A DNA stretch of 64,000 nucleotides from the human T2T-CHM13v2.0 reference genome, Homo sapiens: the NCBI RefSeq assembly GCF_009914755.1, contig NC_060930.1, one strand, 5' to 3'. The notes beneath the pieces are model-generated. The model did no database searches, was not told the DNA's origin, and worked only from the letters and a program-made list of their open reading frames with translations. This document shows, piece by piece, positions 1 to 16,944 of the stretch; position 1 is the first letter of the stretch, and each line of letters begins with the position of its first letter. The position numbers and the translations under genes were made by a program.

Positions 1-3000
1 GATAATTTATAAGAATAACAAATGATAAGACTAAAATATGGTTCAATTATAGCATGTAAGTTGAGAAAGGGACAATGATACCTTAAAGTGTGCTGAGCTC
101 TATTGTCCATGTGTGTATTTAGAATATATTGCCTAACTTTAGATGCTTAGAAGCATAAAGTTAACCACTGAAAGAACAGAAAAATATATAAATTCCAAGC
201 AAAAAGAGAATAAAATATAAACAAAAACAGAACAAGAACTGATAAGTAAATAATAAAGTGGGAACAACAAATACAATTTTTTTCCTAGAATTAGATTGTA
301 AAGGTGAACAGAAAATAAAGTAGTAAAATATTCCACGACAGGATTTGTAGATGGGACTATGGATTCAAGAATTATTTTTTAAGAAAAATTTTAGCAGGAG
401 ATGCTAAAAATTGTTTATATGCTAGTAGTTCAGCAGCTGTGAGGGCAAAAATAATGATGCTGGGTAGAGTGTATGAATGAGCTTGAATTTCTTGAAAAGG
501 TGAGAGGGAACTGGCTGTACAGCTCAGGTAGAGGGAACAGTCTCTGCTAATCATGTCCTACATCGTAACAGGAAGGAAGGAGGAAACGGTGGGTGTGAGT
601 GTAGTAGATTTGTAGTTGGTAGTGGAAATATAAGAGATTTATATCTAATAGTTTCATCTTTCTCACCGAATTTTTAGACAAAATCACCAGCTGAAAGGAA
701 GGATAAACAGGTGGCTGGTGGTTCTGGGTTGCATGTTTGTTTGGCACCTAGCTGAGTATAAGGAAAATTAAAGGGGAAAAAAAAAAAGAAAACCTAGAAA
801 ACTCACTGTATTTTGTTTCTCAAGTTCCAAGGCCTCAAATCAACCTCTTTTCTTCTTTTTAAATTTCAGGGTCCCTTCATCATTATTTATTTCCAGGTTC
901 TTTTAGCATATTTTGAGGAGAGGAGCAGAAAATGTGAGTCTTCACCATCTTTTCCCAGAAGCGAAAGCTGTGTGATGTCTTGTATTATTTTAAACAGCAT
1001 AATTTAGGGCAATGAAAGCTAAACTTTTATACCTTTGCAGATTAAGGGAAACTGCTATGTGAAAACCATAATCAATTAATCAGAGGGGGGTACTTACACT
1101 TTATAAATTCTAGAGCAAAAATTAGAATTAAGCTTTTGGACTGACATCCTTTTTGTAGTTTATAAGAATTGACTATGCTACAAAACAAACACTTGTGAAT
1201 CTATTAAATTCTCAAGCTCTTGAGACACACAGCACACAAAAATGTGGGTGCACAAGCACAGAAAATCTAGTTTCTCCATGCAATAGGGAGTCTGTAGAAT
1301 CTGTCAGGTGAGTAGTGTGGAATCAATGGGAAAAATAATAAAAAGAAAGAGAAAGTAACTAAAGTAGAAGAATGTGGAGGAAAAAGGGAGAAAGTCTAAA
1401 TCTGCTGCTGCAATTTTGTCTTTTTTATTTTTTCTGGTTATTTCTCCCAAAAAAATGCCTAAATCCAATAATGGCTTTCTCCATTCTACAGGTTGAAAAA
1501 CTTACTAGCTTTTCTGTTTTATGAATTAGAATGCTTCCTAAATGCATCTCTATTTCATCACCAAACAAAAGGTGTGAATGCATTTATAATAGCTTAAATA
1601 ATGCTGTGTCTACATGCCTACTAGGATAATAGTTGAAAAGTAATTAAATTTAGGATAAAATGTCCTAGTGGTAGCTTGAATAAAAACTTTCTGATTGGTT
1701 AAGGAAATTACAGATATATAACATCCTACATCAAGCTACATTAAGCAAGTATTTTAATTGCCTGATACCTCTGTTCCCCTCATGGCACAGTTTCTTCCCC
1801 TCAATTAATATTATTTCTTTCTTTTTCTATTTCACACCCCCTTTTACTTCTACCTTCTATTTTCTGACAATGCAGTCTTATGAACTTATCTGAGAGAAAT
1901 GTCACTAACAGATTGTAAAAGTATATTTTTTCTCACCTTTCAGACTCCTTAACACTGTTTGCTATAATTTTCACATGGATCACCTGAAGACCGTTTATTT
2001 TTTAATTCTCCTTTTGAATATAGTCTATTTATTGGAAGCACATCATCATAAATTTTTCTCCAAGTGACAAAACCATAAGAAATTTCCTGCAGCTGAGTAC
2101 ATTAAGAAACACTTGCCAAGCTCTCAAAACTGTTGGATAGACTAGATGAATCATACACAAATAGTTCACACAAAGAATTTGTATTACCATAAAAATCCAC
2201 ATTACATTTTATTATTTTTCTTTAGTTTATGAAAGGCTGGTTTATAAATGAGCCAATAATTTAAATGCAATTACATTTTTGTATGAAATTTTAGCTGATT
2301 CACATTTTTCTTTAATATCAGATAATTTGCCTTCAGATCTTCACTTGCCATCTTGGCTCCTGAAGATTTTCTTTTCTTCATGTCTTCCAGTTTTTAGTAA
2401 TAATTGAAAAGCATTACATTTTTAAAAAATCGCTTATGCAAAGTGCTTCTAAAAGGCTTTCCAATTACACCCACATATAGAAAGACACCCACTCACTGGT
2501 CTGTTTAGTTTCTATTATTCCCTTTGAAAAGTTTAGGTAGACACCTAAGCTTAAGGAATTCAGTTTAATTTATTTCTGAATCTAGTAACATTTTGAGAGA
2601 AAAAATATTTCATGATGTCTCCCAGAATGGCATGTCTTCATTAGCAGTATTTTTCAAAAATTTCATGGATAATTAATGTCAAATTATTTCTCAAGTTTTC
2701 AAAAGAATCTTCTGAATAAATACTACAGCAATGCTGATAAAATGGAGTCAGATAGAAGTTCCAACTGGTATTTAAAATCAATAAAGCAAATATTATCTAT
2801 TTGAAACATAAAATTATAAGATTTACCTAAAGGCAGACATCAAATGATGTAAGTTTATTCTGTAAGATATAAATGATTCTCATTTTTCAAAATATGATAT
2901 TTATATCAAATGTATTCTGTTGGCAACCACACACACAATTATCTCATAGTTCCTTTTTACATATGCTACTAATCAATTCCTCTCTCATTTGCATTATGTG

Positions 3001-3218
3001 TGGGTTTCTACAAATATATGTATGGGACTTTGAAATTTTAAATTTATTTTACTGAACTAAGCTTTCAGCCTGAAGGAAATTTGCAGGGGATAAAAATGTT
3101 GATGCTTCAAATAGTTGATAATGCCTTTGCTTCAGGACATCAGACAGTTTATTTAATATGCCATTTACTTTTTGAAATTATTTAAAATAATGGCAAATAA
3201 ACAAGATTCCACATTTCT

Positions 3219-6346
<3,128 letters not shown>

Positions 6347-7848
6347 TAGCTCTTGAATGAGGTAAGAAACACAATAAAAATAATTTAAGGAATGCATATA
6401 TGTTCATTTTTATTTCTCCTGAAACACTCATCTCAAACTGAAGAGTTCAGGTTGGTTTTCTCCAATTGGTTTGTTTTCTCACAATGCATTTGCCTATCTC
6501 TCTTTACTTCTCACCTACTTAAATGCTTGTTATTTTTAAAAATCCTAAGTTAATTTCCCCTATCTTCATTTGTTAGGTATGTCAAGGTTTTCCCACCACC
6601 TTACAAACTCCAACACAAATTATATTCATTGAGCTTTTCTCAGCTCTATATAGTCAATTAATTTTTATAAATCTATTTTATCTCTCCAACTAAATCATAA
6701 GTTTTTACAAATTTAGGACCTTGTGTGTTCTTCTGTTCACTATATTGAAAATATATTCAATGATTCATTGATTGATTGATCGGATTGCCTAAGAGAATAG
6801 GCATCTTTATTTAGTGCTATACAATTTTATTTATTTACAAGTGATAAAGTGCCTATAATATAAATATTAAAGTAATAGGCAATATAATTTGCTATTAAAT
6901 AGCTTTTAATAAGATACAATTCATGGTCTTGATTCTAAAAACACACTTTCCTGAAAAAGAGGTGATTGTGCAATACTTTTTAATATGACATAGAATGATT
7001 CATTTAACAGGTAATATGTTGGCCTTGAGGCTTGGTGCACAAGGATGGACTCAGAATAGGGACCTAGGAGAAATAAATTCTAATCTCTGCCCCCTTCAGA
7101 TACCATGATTTGGGAATTTGGAAAATTTGTTAAGAGTCTTTAACCTTTTATGGGCTTTATTTCCTTATCTATAATATGAAAATAGATTAGAAAAATCTCT
7201 AAATTTACTTTTAGTATAAAATTACATGTTACCTGTATACACTGGTGAAATAAAATTGTTTGAGCTCCTTTTCATATAAAGCCTCTATGTTGAAACTTTC
7301 ATGTGAAACCTTGAAATTGCTTTAAGAAAAACTCACTATACTTTATTACATTCCCCCATTTAGCCAAACACTTAACATGTATGAATTAGTAAAGTCATGA
7401 TTCATAATTTTCTTTATATTAACAAAAAAGTAGATTTAAAAAATAGTATGTTAAAGGTAAAACTGCCACACGAAGTTGGAAGATGACTAATTTATTTGTG
7501 ATATTTCACTTTTTAATTGGAGATACTATATATGAGTATCCCCACAAGGTGCGTGACCCAATACCTATCACTTTCTTCCTTTTTTTCTACTGTCTTATTC
7601 ATAAACATGCCTTAAACACTGAAAATTAAGGGTACAAATGCAGACATACATACGTAATAGGCAAGTGATAAAAGCATTTAACATTTTAAACATAAATTAT
7701 CAAAATTTATAATTAGAAAATCCACATGAAAGCTAACTGTATGTATTATAGATGAAAATAGATTTACCTCATGAGTTTTAACCATCCTTTCTTGCCTTTA
7801 TTTATGAGGTGTCTCTTAGCCTAATAAAAATGTCAGTATATGCATGTG

Positions 7849-7867
7849 GTGCTGACATCTGCTGGCA
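7849..7867 (-). promoter_or_regulatory. Candidate CTCF-binding motif
   Basis: Reverse complement reads TGCCAGCAGATGTCAGCA, close to the CTCF core CCASYAGRKGGCRS (one G>T), in a locally GC-richer patch with no recognised repeat. Confidence 0.45.
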
Positions 7868-8151
7868 GAGATGGTCGGCAACAATATGTGACCCCGACAA
7901 GTAGACCTACAGAGGCAGGTGTGGAGCGCCTAACGTAAAAAAGTGTTTAAGACATATTTATATTTTCATGAATTCTAATATGGTGTAGAGAAGTGTCATG
8001 TCAAGTAAATTTCGTTTCCGAATATTGACTCTAAGAATGCAATGCCCGTGGGCAAGTCATTTGACCACACTGGGTCTGGATGCATTCTGTTTGTTCCAGC
8101 TCTAATACTTGATTTGACTTTCACAGGTTGTTACCTTTATATAATCTTCAT

Positions 8152-8606
8152 TGTGGTGTCCTATTTAAGGAAAGGAAGTCAGACTGGTGGGAGCAGGGGA
8201 AAGCAGAAAGAAGAAGCAGATTAGCTACAAGTCTGCCTTACTTCACGGTCCCGGACACATAGCCCTCCTGCGCAAATAATTCACAATCTTTCTGCGCCCA
8301 GTTATCACCAGACCCTTGGCTGATACAAAAAAAAAATTCAGGTTAGCTCACTACAACCTTGGAGTTATCAGTATTGCACAAAGCCCTCCACAGCATGCGG
8401 CATAAATAGTATCCTGTAAAATCTCCAGCAAGCCTTTGTTTCCTCATAGTCAGCTCCTCTTCTGCTGATCCTGCCCGTTGCTCCCTTGTAACATACTTTC
8501 ATACTTTCATACTTTCTCTAATAAACCTCTCTTTATCTACAACTGTCTTGGTAAGTTGTTTTACCCTCATGCCATGGGCTCAAATAGACATAGCTCCCCA
8601 GTGACA
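8152..8606 (+). mobile_element. Solo ERV1-class LTR (MER72/LTR23-like)
   Basis: TG...CA ends, TTCAT TSD (8147-8151, 8607-8611), AATAAA at ~8519; subfamily recalled from memory. Confidence 0.8.
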
Positions 8607-8879
8607 TTCATCATGATTTTATAATAATTCAGAAACATACTGTAGAATTAATTTTTAAGTGTTTACAATAGACCAAGAGCTGAATGGATTCAAATTAAAT
8701 ATATATTAGTATCAAGCTTTCACCTACTGATAAAAAAATAAAGGAGTCTAAGATTTCTTTTAAAAAAAAACAAAGCTTAGCTCATTAAATATTTCCAAGC
8801 ATCAAAACCAGAGATAAGGTATTCATGTAGGAAAAGTATTAAATATAGTATCAAAAGTTCTGGTTTTTCTATTTTGGGA

Positions 8880-8990
8880 AAAGCCAGCTTAACATCTCTA
8901 AAATACCTAAAATGAGCTCCATACCTAAAAATGGAGATAATATACTCACCTCACAGTAGTATTTTAAGGATTAAATGAGAAATGCAGTCA
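8880..8990 (+). mobile_element. MIR fragment
   Basis: MIR core-like AAAATGGAGATAATA...CCTCACAG...AGGATTAAATGAG. Confidence 0.5.
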
Positions 8991-11434
8991 ATGATTATTA
9001 TTAAACTATAAAGATCTTTATAAATGTATAATAATATCATACTTTAGTTACATTATATATCTTTCTTGTACATCTGTTATATAGCAATAATAGCTGAGAG
9101 CCTACAGATAATTTCATCTTAGTTGAAATTTTATTTAAAAATTTATAGTAAAAAATCTAAAATTAATAGTCTACTCAATTTAAAAGACCCAAATGTTTTG
9201 GAAGGCTCACATGAGTCTAATTTTGTATCTCAAGATTGACTTAATAGAGTAGATGCCACTAAGAACATAGATTTGTAAATAATTCATATTTCTGAGAGTA
9301 GTTGTTATATAATAAATACTTAATCATCTTACACATTTTTCCTTATTTTATTAGTTAGTTTTTATTTTATCTATGCATCATGTCACTATTATAAATAATA
9401 CACTGAGCTAGATGCTCAGATGACAGGGAGAAAATGGAAAGTGGAAAAAAACATATCACAGTCACTGGCCTTCACAGATTTTTAATTTTCATGGAAAGAT
9501 AGACATTCCAAATGAAACATATGACGTAAAAGGATTTTAAGGAAAATGCTGAGTACAATGTAGAATTAACCAATTCAAAATCTCAAATCAAAAAATGTTA
9601 TCATGTGGCCTTATTTAAACTTGGGCCCCAGTAGCAAGATTTAGGACAGGACAGACCTTCTGAGGCCAGGGGTTTCAGCACAGGGTGAATAGAGGCTACC
9701 ACGCCAGGACTTGGCCAGGACTAGGAAGAGGCAGAACAGAAAATGTTAGATACAGAAATCTGAATAGTTAGGAGAGGAGCTGCAGGTTACTAGGAGGGAG
9801 GGTAATGATAGAAGACACAATGTTCAAGTACAATACAGGCAGGTCTGGTGAGCAAGGGTTTCAGAAAAAGTATGAGGCTATGGAGCAAAGCTGCAAATAT
9901 TCAACAGATGATCTGACTAAAAATTTTTAAAAAACAAACTTTATTGGGTGAAAAATAGAAAGTTTGAATACATTAATTAATTAGTTATCTATTCCACATT
10001 TGCCTCGTATACCTGAACTTGATAAAAAAGAATGAATATGAAACAGATCTTTCCATTGAATAATTTATTATATGAACGTGTATTGAAAAGCTCTAATTTA
10101 AACCAGGTATGTGGTGGGCACAGCTAGAATAAATGGTAGACGTGATATTCACTCTCACGGAGTTTACATCTAGATGACTGAACACAAATACTTGAATGGA
10201 AATAATTGTTAATGAAAACATGTGAACTGCCATAAAAAGGAGAATGAAGTATTGAGAAAAATCAAATGGAGAAGTATGTCAGGTATTTGGGAAACTACTG
10301 ATGCATTTAGAACTGTGGTGGATATAAAAGTATAACATCAATTTATATTTATTGAATGGTTAAGTAAATTGATTGTGAATAAATGACTGACTGAAGCAAT
10401 GTACAAGTAGGGTGAGGCTGGAAAGGACTGGAAGGGGAGGGGCTTATCTACAGATATTTGAGTAAAATAATCATAGATATAATAATCAAGAATCTAGGAT
10501 TTTCTGAAGCAGCTTTGATTGTAAATAGCCTGACCTGTAGTCTCTCCACATATACTTCTGCTTGCCAGGCATGTACTGATATTTGCTTTTAAAATGTGAT
10601 TATTTTAAGCATGTAAAAGAAATGAGGATTAGTGCCAAGGCAACTGGCTTCAGAGCCAGAACTCTGCTATTTCCTTCCAGCCCAAGACTCACTTGGTCTT
10701 AGAAAGGGGTGAGAGCCCTCCATTAGAGACAGGTGGAAACACCTGGGGTCCTGAGGGTCAGAGGCAGGGGGACATACGCAGTGAGGACACAGATCTCGAT
10801 TCACTGCTAGTTTGCCAGCTACCTAAATCCTCCTGTTTTTCTTTTTTTTTCATATTATCATATGTTAAAAACTTTCTTATTTTAAATCACCAGTAGGATG
10901 TTTGGGAGTTTAAACATGGAACTACTGCAAAAATGATATTTCAAATCTCTCTTCACCATCCAATGCATAAAATAATGACTCAGAACAATGAACTTAGTAC
11001 CATCAGTAATATCTATCAAGAAGGGCCCAAGGCTCTACCCAGAATTCTTCGCAATTTCTTCCACCATTTGTTCATAGCTTAATTAGATTAGCAAGAAAAT
11101 TATTGTCAATTACACAGTTTCTGACAAAAGTAATCATAATCACATAAACAGACACTATCTGGAGATAAGCTCTTTTCTGCAATAAATGATTTTTATTCTT
11201 CTAAAACTCAGTCTTGAAATATTTTCAAAATTAAAAACCCTCACACTGAGGTGCATCACAGTGATGCATCAAATATCATTTGCTGTGTCTTCTCATATTC
11301 AATTTAATTTTAATGTGTCTACAATAGAAATTATTCTGTAACTCTGGAATCATACTACAGAAATTAATGCTTTTGCTCAAGCTCTGAAATACAGCAGAGG
11401 GGAGGAGAATCCCAAAAGAAAAAAATCTGATTAA

Positions 11435-11723
11435 GGCTGGGCATTGTGGCTTATGCCTATAATCTCAGCATTTTGAGAGGCTGAGGCAGGAGGATTGGTT
11501 CAGCTCAGGAGTTCAAGACCAGCCTGGGCAACATAGCGAGATGTCATTTCTACAGAAAAATAACAAAATTGTCTGGGCATGGTGGTGTGTGCTTGTAGTC
11601 CTAACAACTCGGGAGGCTGAGCTTGGAGTTTTGGTTTAGCCAAGGAGGTCAAGGCTGCAGTGAGTTATGACTGTGCCACTGTACTCTAGCCTGGGCAACA
11701 GAGTTAAGACCTTGTCTTAAAAA
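11435..11723 (+). mobile_element. AluJ
   Basis: Dimeric Alu with J-type features (AGGATTGGTTCAGCTCAGGAGTTCAAGACC; GAGGTCAAGGCTGCAGTGAG). Confidence 0.9.
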
Positions 11724-12150
11724 TTTATTTTTGATTAAAATATTGAAGGCTTTCATCTTCAGAGACTAAGGCTTAACAATTCCAGCATATTGTCACATGA
11801 TTACGTAACATAAAAACCTGGTATTAAAATAGAAGTCCACTTTGGTTTATCTTAATGTCTCAAAATCTTTGAAATTTTCAGCAGTTAGAAATGTATTAGA
11901 AATACATCATGAAAACTAGCTATGCCAGGCTTGAAATAAAATAATTCTGTTTAACTGTTTCATGTGTTTATGGCTTTTAATTCATCTTAGACCTAGTCAG
12001 CAATTAGAATCATATACAGAATTACAAATTTTTATATAATTCCCATATTGTTCTATAGTTGTGATAATCAGTAAACTTTAGAACTGTTTGTAAATCTTCT
12101 TAATCAATCAGTGACTACTCATTTGGTAAACATGTCCCTGAAAGTCAACC

Positions 12151-13154
12151 ATCAAGGATGCACACCTACAGCCACCTGATCTTTGACAAAGTCAACAAAA
12201 ATAAGCAATGTGGTAAAAGCTCCCTATTCAGCAAATGGTGCTGGGATAGCTGGCTAGCCATATACAGAAGAATAAAACTGAAGCCTACCTTTAACCATAT
12301 ACCAAAATTAACTCAATATGGATTCAAGATTTAAATATAACACCTTAAACTATAAACATCCTAGAAGAAAACCTAGAAAACACCATTCTATACATGGGCC
12401 TTGGGAAAAAAGTTATGACTAAGTCCTTAAAACCAATTGCAACAACAAAAATTGACAAGTGGGATCTAATTAACCTAAAGAGCTTCTGCACAGCAAAATA
12501 AACTACCAAGAATAAACATACAACCTAGAGAATGGGAGAAAATATTTGCAAACTATGCATCTGACAAAGGTCTAATATCCAGAATCTATAAGGAACTTAA
12601 ACAATTGAACAAGCAAAAAACAAATAACTCAATTAAAAAAAATGGTGAAAAGACATAGACACTTCTCAAAAGAAGATATACAAGCAACCAACAAATATGA
12701 AAAAATGCTCATCATCATTAATCATCAGAGAAATTAAAACCACAATGAGATACTATCTCACATCAGTTGGAATGACTATTATTAAAAAGTTAAAAAACAA
12801 CAGACGTTGGTGAGGGTGTGGGAAAAGGGAATGTTTATACGCTGTTGGTGGGAATGTAAATGAGTTCAACCACTATGGAAAACAGTTTGGAGATTTCTCA
12901 AATAACTTAAAGTAGAACTACCATTCAACCCAGCAGCATTATACCAAAAAGACATATGCACTCATGTTCACCACAGTAGTATTCACAACAGCAAAGACAT
13001 GGAATCAGCCTAGGTGTCCATCAACAGTGAATTGTCTAAAGAAAATGTGGTACATATACGCCATAGAATGCTATGAAGCCATAAAAAAGAATGAAATCAT
13101 GTCCTTTGCAGAAATATATGTGCAGCTGGAGGCCATTATCCTAAGTGAATAAAC
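12151..13154 (+). mobile_element. L1PB ORF2 3' part (copy A), ending abruptly before its 3'UTR is complete
   Basis: Degenerate ORF2 C-terminus (ORF 12964-13152 TWNQPRCPS...KKMWYIY); stops at CCTAAGTGAATAAAC. Confidence 0.9.
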
Positions 13155-13440
13155 TTTCCTCTATTGATTATGGCATTATGGAAAGCTCCTTTTAAAATAA
13201 AATTATTTAGAAACTTCAGTCAATTCTGGAAGCACTATTCTCTCTCAAATTTTTCTAAAGTTTTAAAGGTAAAAATCTCCTTAGTTTTTGATGTCTGACT
13301 TGACTTAGGATTTAGGGGCTGACCTGAGCCAGATATTTAATTTTCATTTTCAAAATTAAAATCAGCATCTTAAATCCCAGGAGAAGTCATGTGGTACAGA
13401 TGAACACTCCCTTAGGTATATACCATGACCAAAATGAAAT
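13154..13440 (+). repeat. ~290-bp segment with no recognised TE, inverted duplicate of 22715-23011
   Basis: Shared blocks AGTCAATTCTGGAAGCACTATTCTCTCT, TCTGACTTGACTTAGGATTT, AAAATCAGCATCTTAAATCCCAG and ATGAACACTCCCTTAGGTATATA occur as reverse complements at 22.7-23.0 kb. Confidence 0.93.
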
Positions 13441-13845
13441 AAAGAAAATATGGTACATATACACCATGGAATACTACATAGCCATAAAAAAGAATGCAGT
13501 CATGCCCTTGCAGGAACATGAGTGTAGCTGGGGGCCTTATCCTATGTCAGAAAACAAAGGAACAAAAAGTCATATACATCATGTTCTCACTTATAAGTTG
13601 GAGCCAAAATGTTGAGTACACATGGACATGAAGATGGAAGCAACAGACACTGGGGACTACCAGAGTAAGGAGGAAAGGATGGGAACAAGTAACCATTGAA
13701 TACTATGCTCACTACCTGGGTGATGGGATTATTTGTACCCCAAACCTCAGTGTCATGCAATACACCCATGTAACAAGCTGTGCATGTACCCCGGAACCTA
13801 AAATAAATGTTGAAATTTCACAGAAAAATAAGAAAAAAGAAAAGA
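13438..13845 (+). mobile_element. L1PB 3' end (copy B)
   Basis: L1PB-type 3'UTR (CACTGGGGACTAC...CCCCAAACCTCAG...AAAATAAATGTTGAA) and A-rich tail; restarts L1 sequence already present at ~13038-13152. Confidence 0.9.
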
Positions 13846-14176
13846 AGCCAATTGCTATATTGATGTTTGCAAACTGGTGATTTTGCTAATTCTATTATTC
13901 TCAACATTTATTATTTGTTAACATTATTGCCTTTACAAGGTGTTTCAGGTTCACATATTATCTCCCTGCCCCAGACAGAAAAAGGAAATATACTTGGTCT
14001 TGGCTATTCATAAATTTTTAAAGAATAAACCATATTTTTCAGTACACATAATTTTCCTAGTAAATATATACAAATAGAAGGTCACTTTGTTAATAGAAAT
14101 ATACTAGTAGATGGTATTTTAAAAAAGCAATGAAGCTCTTTCTCTTCCCTGTTCCTTTCTGAACATTTCAGTCAGC

Positions 14177-14535
14177 CATAGACTGAATATTAATGTGCCT
14201 CAAAATTCATATGCCTGTTGAAAGCTAATCCTTAAGGTGATGATATTTGGATGTGGGTCCTCTGGGAGATGATTAGGTAATGAAGAGTCCACTAATGAAA
14301 TTAGTTCTTTATAAAGGTGATCCCAGAGAACTCTCTTGTTCCTTCTACCATGTGAGGACATAATTAGGAGATAGCAGTCTATGTACCAGGAAGAAGGCTG
14401 TTACCAGACACTGAATCTGCCTGCACCTCGATCTCAGACTTCCACCTTCCAGAACTGTGGGGGAAAAAACTTTCTGTAGTTTCTAGGCCACCCAGTTTAT
14501 GTTATCCTATTATAGCAGCCCATAAGGACTAAGAC
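14177..14535 (+). mobile_element. MLT1A-type MaLR LTR
   Basis: CCTCAAAATTCATATG...CCATGTGAGGACA...CCAGAACTGTG...TATAGCAGCC...GACTAAGACA. Confidence 0.8.
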
Positions 14536-15610
14536 ACAGTCCAAAGACTATTAGGAGGTGCCAAGCCAAATAAGGAGTCCATGCTGAGAAGAGTGAGGGA
14601 GGCTGACTGGGGAGAGGAGCTATTTCTGAGAAGTGATGGTATCTCCACGTTGGCATCCCATGGAAAGGTAGCTGTGTGGGGTTGGGGGAGTACCCTCAAG
14701 GGAGTGCAGCCTGCTGCATCATTTTGGAGCCCAACCAGGGTGTGAGGGGGCCTCACAGAGGAATGGTCTATTCCAGAGAGTCTGAGCTCAAACAGAGTGG
14801 TGGAAACACCCAGCAGAAAGCAGTCCAGGGAAAGATCTGGGTGCTCAAGTGGGATGACCAGGGTGTCTTCAAGTGTGGGACAAGGTAACAGGTGCAGAGA
14901 CTTGAGCAGCTGCCTGAGAGTGTACCAGCTCATGGTGTCAGACCTAAGCAGAGTAAGGAGCACATTTCTTGCAGGTGAGTTGCCTGGAGGGAAGCGTTGT
15001 TGCCTGGGAAGAAAGAGGAAGGCATCTACTCAGTGGGGCAGTGGAACTGACCAGCATGTTGGTCAGTGGGGCGGTGGAACTGACATGCACAGAAGAAGCT
15101 ATTCCAGTTTAGTGTCCTAAACTGTAGAAATAAAAGAAGTTATTTTATTGTTTATGATAAGCATACATTATTTCTGGAGCAAGTAATATGCTTATTTACA
15201 TCTAGAATAAATACTTATTTTCTACTACTTAATGTGCTCCTTAAACACATATTTATTGATCATTCATTATGTTTTTGACACTTCATATGCATGGTTTCCT
15301 TTAATGAACACAATGAGCCTTTTTGCAATTCTCATTTTATAAATGACAAAGGTAAGGACTAGAGAGATTAAGTCATAAACTCTGATCTCCAAGAGGTCAG
15401 TAAGGAAAAGAAATAGGTAGCATTAAGTACCATACTTCTCAAAGAGTGTTAGTACTATAGATTAATGTCCATGGTGTCATATGAAAGGCACAACAACTCT
15501 GCAATAGATTTTAAACATGTTTCTGAAAGAAGCAGAAGTTTGCATTTGAAAGAAGTGTTTGGGTAAACACTACAAGTAAATCAAATAAAATACCTGCTCT
15601 GATTGAAGTC

Positions 15611-15765
15611 CAGAGGTTCTCAATCCTGGTCACATATCACATGTATCTGAGAAGTTGTTAAAATGCCTAAGTCCACCAACAGGGCAGAGTCTCTAGGAGC
15701 AAAGCCCAGGCATCAGTACATTTTAAAGTTCTCCAGATAAGTCCACTGTGCAGCTAGGGATAAGT
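15611..15765. mobile_element. MER5-type hAT-Charlie relic
   Basis: CAGAGGTTCTCAATCCTGG start; CCCAGGCATCAGTACATTTTAAAGTTCTCCAG. Confidence 0.6.
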
Positions 15766-16639
15766 TTTCCCAGCTGTGGTAGTTGATGAGGAAGCACCAT
15801 GGGAGATGGGCATGGTAGGAGTATTAAAGATGGCTAAGGGATTGATCCTACAGGGTGGGCAAGCAGATGAGACTAGTGAAACAGTCCTAGACATAAAGGT
15901 CAGTGTTAATAAAGTTCTCAAACAAATATTTAATTTATGATACCTATATATTTCCTATGTAACGTATAAACATGTTCGGTATAATACAACTTGCTGGCAT
16001 CCCCAAGTCACGGACAGAATGTATGTGTGTTTGAGAAGTAACAGACATCTTTAAATGTGTAACAATGCAGACAAAAGCAAAATTAACAAATTAATGAAGC
16101 TGCTCTTCTGATATTTAATGAATTCTAAGAAAAGTATAGGTAAATTGCTGTTCAGAATTCTTTACCTGTATTTGAAAGCTCTGAATACTTAATAGAATTA
16201 ATTCTCAGCTATGTCAAAGAATTTAAATGCAGTTGCTTGTTAAATATTTTCTAAACAGCAGTTGGATATAAAAGGATAAGTATATGAGTGGCTTTTATGG
16301 TAAGTAATCATAGAGTTGCATGAGATGTGAATACTTCACAGCAAGAGCTACATTATTGAAATTTTTGAGGATCATCTTGAGGAAATAATATTTTTAAATA
16401 TCTAGGAAAAACGACATTTAGAGGAATGAAGAATACACATTGCTATAACTGTTTTATACTCAATAAATCTATATTTTATCAAAATTTGAGTTTGACTGTG
16501 GTTACATATATCAATTAAGCATTTTTCCACAAGATAATGAAAAATTATATAATAAGTCACAATATGGTAAAGGATTAAAATAACCAATTTTATAATCAAA
16601 TAAGCTTGGGCATGAATTTTGAATTATGTTTCTGTAATT

Positions 16640-16810
16640 TGGAAGTTGCATAGCTTTGAAAAGGTATGTGATATTTTTGAACCCAGTGTTCTCATGTGTA
16701 AAATGTTAAACATAGTACTTACCTCATGGGATTGTTGCAGAGATTGAATAAGTTGATGTATGTGAAATGCCTAAAATAGTGCCTAAAACATAGTCACCTT
16801 CAATAAATGT
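16640..16810 (+). mobile_element. MIR
   Basis: TCTCATGTGTAAAATG...ACTTACCTCATGGGATTGTTG...GTGCCT...CAATAAATG. Confidence 0.65.
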
Positions 16811-16944
16811 CATTTTATTGTTACACTAACTTAACATGCTCATAAGGGAATTTGAGAGAGAACACTCTATGAGACAGAAAATTCTGTAAGACAGCTAGAA
16901 AGTCCTAACTGATAGATTCAACAAAGTAAAACAAATTGACAGAA

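Noticed and set aside
139-3055. Short 60-66 aa ORFs
   Set aside because: Composition-biased chance ORFs in AT-rich DNA
11252-11268. Short palindrome TGCATCAC-A-GTGATGCA (and a 9-bp stem at 55380-55401)
   Set aside because: Stems of 8-9 bp are expected by chance in 64 kb
13420-13850. TSD for L1PB copy B
   Set aside because: Both flanks are A-rich and cannot be separated from the tail, so this was not used as evidence
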